Assembly (NCBI GenBank): GCA_025594325.1 | Contig: JANHCV010000006.1 | Location: 1,922,001-1,986,000, forward strand | DNA: 64,000 bases | Source of the DNA: Blastocladiella emersonii ATCC 22665 | Lineage: Eukaryota > Fungi > Blastocladiomycota | Reading direction: 5' to 3' | Shown: piece after piece, positions 60,712-64,000 of the stretch | Layout of the letters: every line of letters begins with the position of its first letter | How positions within the stretch are numbered: the stretch's first letter is position 1 | The notes under the pieces: model-generated | What the model was told of the DNA's origin: nothing | The model's database searches: none | What the model saw: the letters and a program-made list of their open reading frames with translations, nothing else | Made by a program: the position numbers and the translations under genes

Positions 60712-63700
60712 CTAGTCCTCCTCGGCCTCGTACTCGGCCTCGGCGCCGGCCAGCGCCGACGTCGGCGACGCGGCCCGGCCAAACGCCGGCGACGGCACGG
60801 GCGACGCGCCCGCGGCCATGCCCGACGCGGACGCGACGCGCGGCAGGCCCGCCCACTCGCGCATCACGTCCACGACGTGGTGCGGCGACTGTACATGCCA
60901 GTCGGCCAGCGTGCGCTTGGTGCTCGACCCGACCGTCACCGTCCACGCGTGCCGCGGGTGGTACCGGTCGCGCGCTGCGCCGTGCTCGCCCGTCGTCGGG
61001 CTCGTGGCCGCCGACGCAGACGCGGACGCGGTGGGCGCCGCTGTGGTGGTGGGTGCCGCCGCGTCGAGCTGGTGGCCGAGCAGGAGCACCTCGTCGGCCT
61101 TGGCCTCGCCCTCACCGCCGTCGACGCTGCCAGCCGCGACCGCCGCCGCCGCCTCGGCCGCCGACTGGTGCAGCGCGCGGAACATGTCCTCGTCGGTGCG
61201 GTCGTCGCCGACGCAGAAAACGTACTCGAAGCGCGCGCCGGGCGGCGCCGCCGTCGCCAGCAGCCGCTTGACAATCTCGCCCTTGTTGACGGCAATCGGG
61301 CGCACCTCGAGGTTCTTCTTGCCGACCAGGATCTCGAGCGGCCGCTTGCTGAGCGTCGAGTTCTCGAGGTGATTCTGGCACTCGCGCGCCTGGAACGCGC
61401 CGAAACTCGGGTCGGCGAGCCGGTAGTGCCACGTCACCGAGCACCGCTTGTGCTCGATAAACGACCCGGGCGTGCGCTCCGTGTAGAAGTTGAAGATGTC
61501 GACCACCTCGGGCTTCCACACGGCCGGGTCGTCGCCGTGCTCCTCGGTCAGGTCGAGCCACCCGCGAGCGTCGTACGGGTACTTGAGGAACGACCCATGC
61601 TCGGCGCTGAGCCCGAGCCCGTCAATGTGGCCGACCCACGCGTCGAGCGTCGCCTGGTCGCGCCCGCTGATCACGAACACGCGGTTCGCCGGGTCCGCGC
61701 ACAGGGCCGCCAGCGCCTCGAGCAGCTCGGGCGTCGGCCGCGCCATCTCGGGCACCTTGACGATTGGCCTACACGTATGGGTGTGCGTGTGGGGTGAGTC
61801 AAGTGGATCGCGACACAGCGTTGAGACAAGAGAAATGAAGACGTACGAGAGCGTCCCGTCGTAGTCGAACAGAATCAGGCGCATCGGCCGCAGCGCGCCG
61901 TCCTCACCGCCCAAATCGGCGACGGACGCGCGGTACTCGGCGAGACACCGCTCGCGATGGAGGTACGGCGTCGTGTGCGCGTCGAGGGCGCCGCCCGCGC
62001 CGCTCTGCAGCCGGGCACGCGTGCCGACGAGCGCGCGCGCAAACGACCGCGCCCACTGCGGCGCCGTGTACCGGGCAACGTGGTCCATCATCTGGTGGTG
62101 GCGCGCAAACTTCTCCTCGCGCGGGATCGTGAGCGCGTCGTGCAGGGCGGCCGCGACGCCGGCAAAGTCCCACGGGTTGACGAGCATGGCGCCCGACAGC
62201 GAGCCCGCCGTGCCCGTGAACTCGGACAGGATCAGCGGCGCCATGTGCTCCTGCTGGCACACGACAAACTCGTGCGACGTGGTGTTCATGCCGTCACGCA
62301 CCGACGTGATGAGCCCCGCGTCGGCCGCCGTCAGCAGCGCATAGTACTCGTCGGGCGCGATCGCGCGGTGGATGTGGTGCACGGGCTGGAAGTCGAGCGA
62401 GCCGTACTTGCCGTTGATGTTGGCGACGAGCTCCGACACCTTGGCCTCGAGCTTGGCCGCGCTCAGCCCGCCGCCAATACCCGCGGACCCGCCGCTGCCA
62501 CCGGAACCCGAGGAGGCCGCGATCGACGCGCCGCCGCCGCCGCCGCCGCCCGCGTCGCCGGGGAGCACGAGCTGGCCGCCCGTGGTGGTGGGCGAGGTGA
62601 CCTGGATCAGCACCACCTTGCCGCGCCACTCGGGGTACGTCTCGAGGAACTGGCCAAACGCCTTGAGCTTCTGGTGCACGCCGCGCATCTGGTCGAGCTT
62701 GTCGCGGCCGACCACGATGCGCTTGCCCGCGTACATGTCGCGCAGGGCGGCGGCCTTTTCGGCGACGGCGGGGGCGCGGCGCTTGACCTCGGTGCGCTGC
62801 GCGTCGATGCCGATCGGGAAGATGCCGACGGCGACGTGGTGGCCGTGGAAGTCGATGCCCGTGGGCGACGACTCGAGGCCGAGCACGCGGGTGCAGCACG
62901 ACACAAAGTGGCGGCAGTACGAGTAGGTCTGGAAGCCGACGAGCGAGGCGCCCAGGATGCCCTCGAGCAGCGGGGTGCGCTTGGGCAGGCACCGGAACAC
63001 CTCGGACGACGGGAAGGGCGTGTGGATGAAGAGGCCGATGGCGGCGAGGTGCGCCGTCTCCTCGCCGTGGACGCGGGCGAGCTCGGCGCGCAGCAGCGAG
63101 GGCGCGAGCAGCAGGTGGTAGTCGTGGACCCAGATGAGGTCGCCCTGCGGGTCGTAGTGCTCGGCGGCGACCTGGGCAAACGCGAGGTTGACGCGCTCGT
63201 AGGCGGCCCAGTCGAGCAGCTCGCGGCGGCCGTCCGTGGCACCGTCCCACAGAATGTAGTGGAAGAGCGGCCACAGCGTCGACTTGCAGTACCCCGAGTA
63301 GTGCTTGCTGGCCGTGTCGTCGTCGACGAGCACGGGGATGCACCGCTGCTCGCGCCACAGCAGGTCGGCGAGCTCGGCGCGGTCCGCAGCCGACAGCTCG
63401 TACTGCTCGACGATGCGGCCGTGCGAGTCGACGATCGGGCCGAGGGTGCCAATGTAGACGGACTCGTGGAAGGGTCCGGTGGCCGCGCTCGCTGTAGATG
63501 CAGGGTCGGTGGGTGCCGATGCAGCGTCGCACGCGTCGGGCGAGGCGGCGGCCTTGTGGGCGAGCGACTGGATGCCGGCGTAGAGGGCCGAGTGGCCGCG
63601 GCGCGGGGCGAGGGCCCAGCGCGGGGTCGGCGGGGTCGCGGGCGAGATGGCGGCGGCGGCCGCAGCGGGATCAGCGGACGCGTTGTCGGGCGAGTCGTTG

Positions 63701-64000
63701 AGGGCGCTGGTGGAGCCGCCGTGCGTGGCGCCCGCCGAGCTGACGCCGGACCCGGGGGCGGGCGAGGACGTGGAGGCCGAGGCCGAGGTCGGGAGCAGGC
63801 GCAGGGCGGGCGGGTTGGCCGAGGCGTTGGCGGCGCGGGCGCGGTGCTGCTGGTCGCGCAGCTGCTGGGCCTGGATCTCGCCGAGCGCGGCCACGAGCGC
63901 CGAGGCCTTGACGCCGGCGGCGGCGGTAGCAGCGGCAGCGGCAGCGGCGGGCGCGTCGGTGATGATGGGGGCGGCGTGGGCGAGGGTGGGCAGGACCGCG
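60712..64000 (-). CDS. TPS2: Trehalose-6-phosphate synthase/phosphatase complex subunit (Tps2 type); the 5' end lies beyond the window
   Basis: GT20 domain (WVHDYHL, FIHTPFPSSE, RDGMN) followed by a HAD domain (FDYDGTL-SPIV across intron 61769-61846, SAEHG, GDDRTDEDMF). The frame stays open to the window edge. Confidence 0.92.
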   Translation of the reverse strand, partial: AVLPTLAHAAPIITDAPAAAAAAATAAAGVKASALVAALGEIQAQQLRDQQHRARAANASANPPALRLLPTSASASTSSPAPGSGVSSAGATHGGSTSALNDSPDNASADPAAAAAAISPATPPTPRWALAPRRGHSALYAGIQSLAHKAAASPDACDAASAPTDPASTASAATGPFHESVYIGTLGPIVDSHGRIVEQYELSAADRAELADLLWREQRCIPVLVDDDTASKHYSGYCKSTLWPLFHYILWDGATDGRRELLDWAAYERVNLAFAQVAAEHYDPQGDLIWVHDYHLLLAPSLLRAELARVHGEETAHLAAIGLFIHTPFPSSEVFRCLPKRTPLLEGILGASLVGFQTYSYCRHFVSCCTRVLGLESSPTGIDFHGHHVAVGIFPIGIDAQRTEVKRRAPAVAEKAAALRDMYAGKRIVVGRDKLDQMRGVHQKLKAFGQFLETYPEWRGKVVLIQVTSPTTTGGQLVLPGDAGGGGGGGASIAASSGSGGSGGSAGIGGGLSAAKLEAKVSELVANINGKYGSLDFQPVHHIHRAIAPDEYYALLTAADAGLITSVRDGMNTTSHEFVVCQQEHMAPLILSEFTGTAGSLSGAMLVNPWDFAGVAAALHDALTIPREEKFARHHQMMDHVARYTAPQWARSFARALVGTRARLQSGAGGALDAHTTPYLHRERCLAEYRASVADLGGEDGALRPMRLILFDYDGTLSYVFISLVSTLCRDPLDSPHTHTHTCRPIVKVPEMARPTPELLEALAALCADPANRVFVISGRDQATLDAWVGHIDGLGLSAEHGSFLKYPYDARGWLDLTEEHGDDPAVWKPEVVDIFNFYTERTPGSFIEHKRCSVTWHYRLADPSFGAFQARECQNHLENSTLSKRPLEILVGKKNLEVRPIAVNKGEIVKRLLATAAPPGARFEYVFCVGDDRTDEDMFRALHQSAAEAAAAVAAGSVDGGEGEAKADEVLLLGHQLDAAAPTTTAAPTASASASAATSPTTGEHGAARDRYHPRHAWTVTVGSSTKRTLADWHVQSPHHVVDVMREWAGLPRVASASGMAAGASPVPSPAFGRAASPTSALAGAEAEYEAEED

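Overview
This is GC-rich, intron-containing eukaryotic DNA. Introns are mostly 55-160 bp, with GTACGC/GTGCGT/GTATGT donors, CTRAC/CTAAY-like branch points and YAG acceptors. The gene set (Rab23, p22phox-like, EST1/SMG protein with a PIN domain, C2CD5, ZC2HC1-like, Tps2, Hst3/4) points to an early-diverging zoosporic fungus (chytrid or blastoclad); this is an inference. About 20 ordinary genes could be spliced by eye: G-alpha, sphingolipid delta-4 desaturase, EST1/SMG, CZIB, Mdj1, Tvp38, a TRAF/RING protein, enolase, Rab23, a sirtuin, p22phox, Sem1, C2CD5, an ABCC transporter, Coq1, a C2HC zinc-finger protein, a Cys/Thr/Pro mucin, Pct1 and Tps2. The unusual part is an accessory mosaic at about 5.2-16.6 kb. 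It holds an F-box-like orphan gene, a frameshifted Helitron/PIF1-type helicase with no Rep domain, a repeat-bearing broken ORF, an orphan last exon, and an inverted 2.35-kb near-identical copy of the 3' half of the ABC transporter that lies 29 kb away. A second inverted ABC fragment at 37.4 kb has an identical core but diverged, protein-plausible edges, which suggests gene conversion among ABC cassettes. I recognised no rRNA, tRNA or CRISPR array. All alignments were done by eye and no databases were searched.
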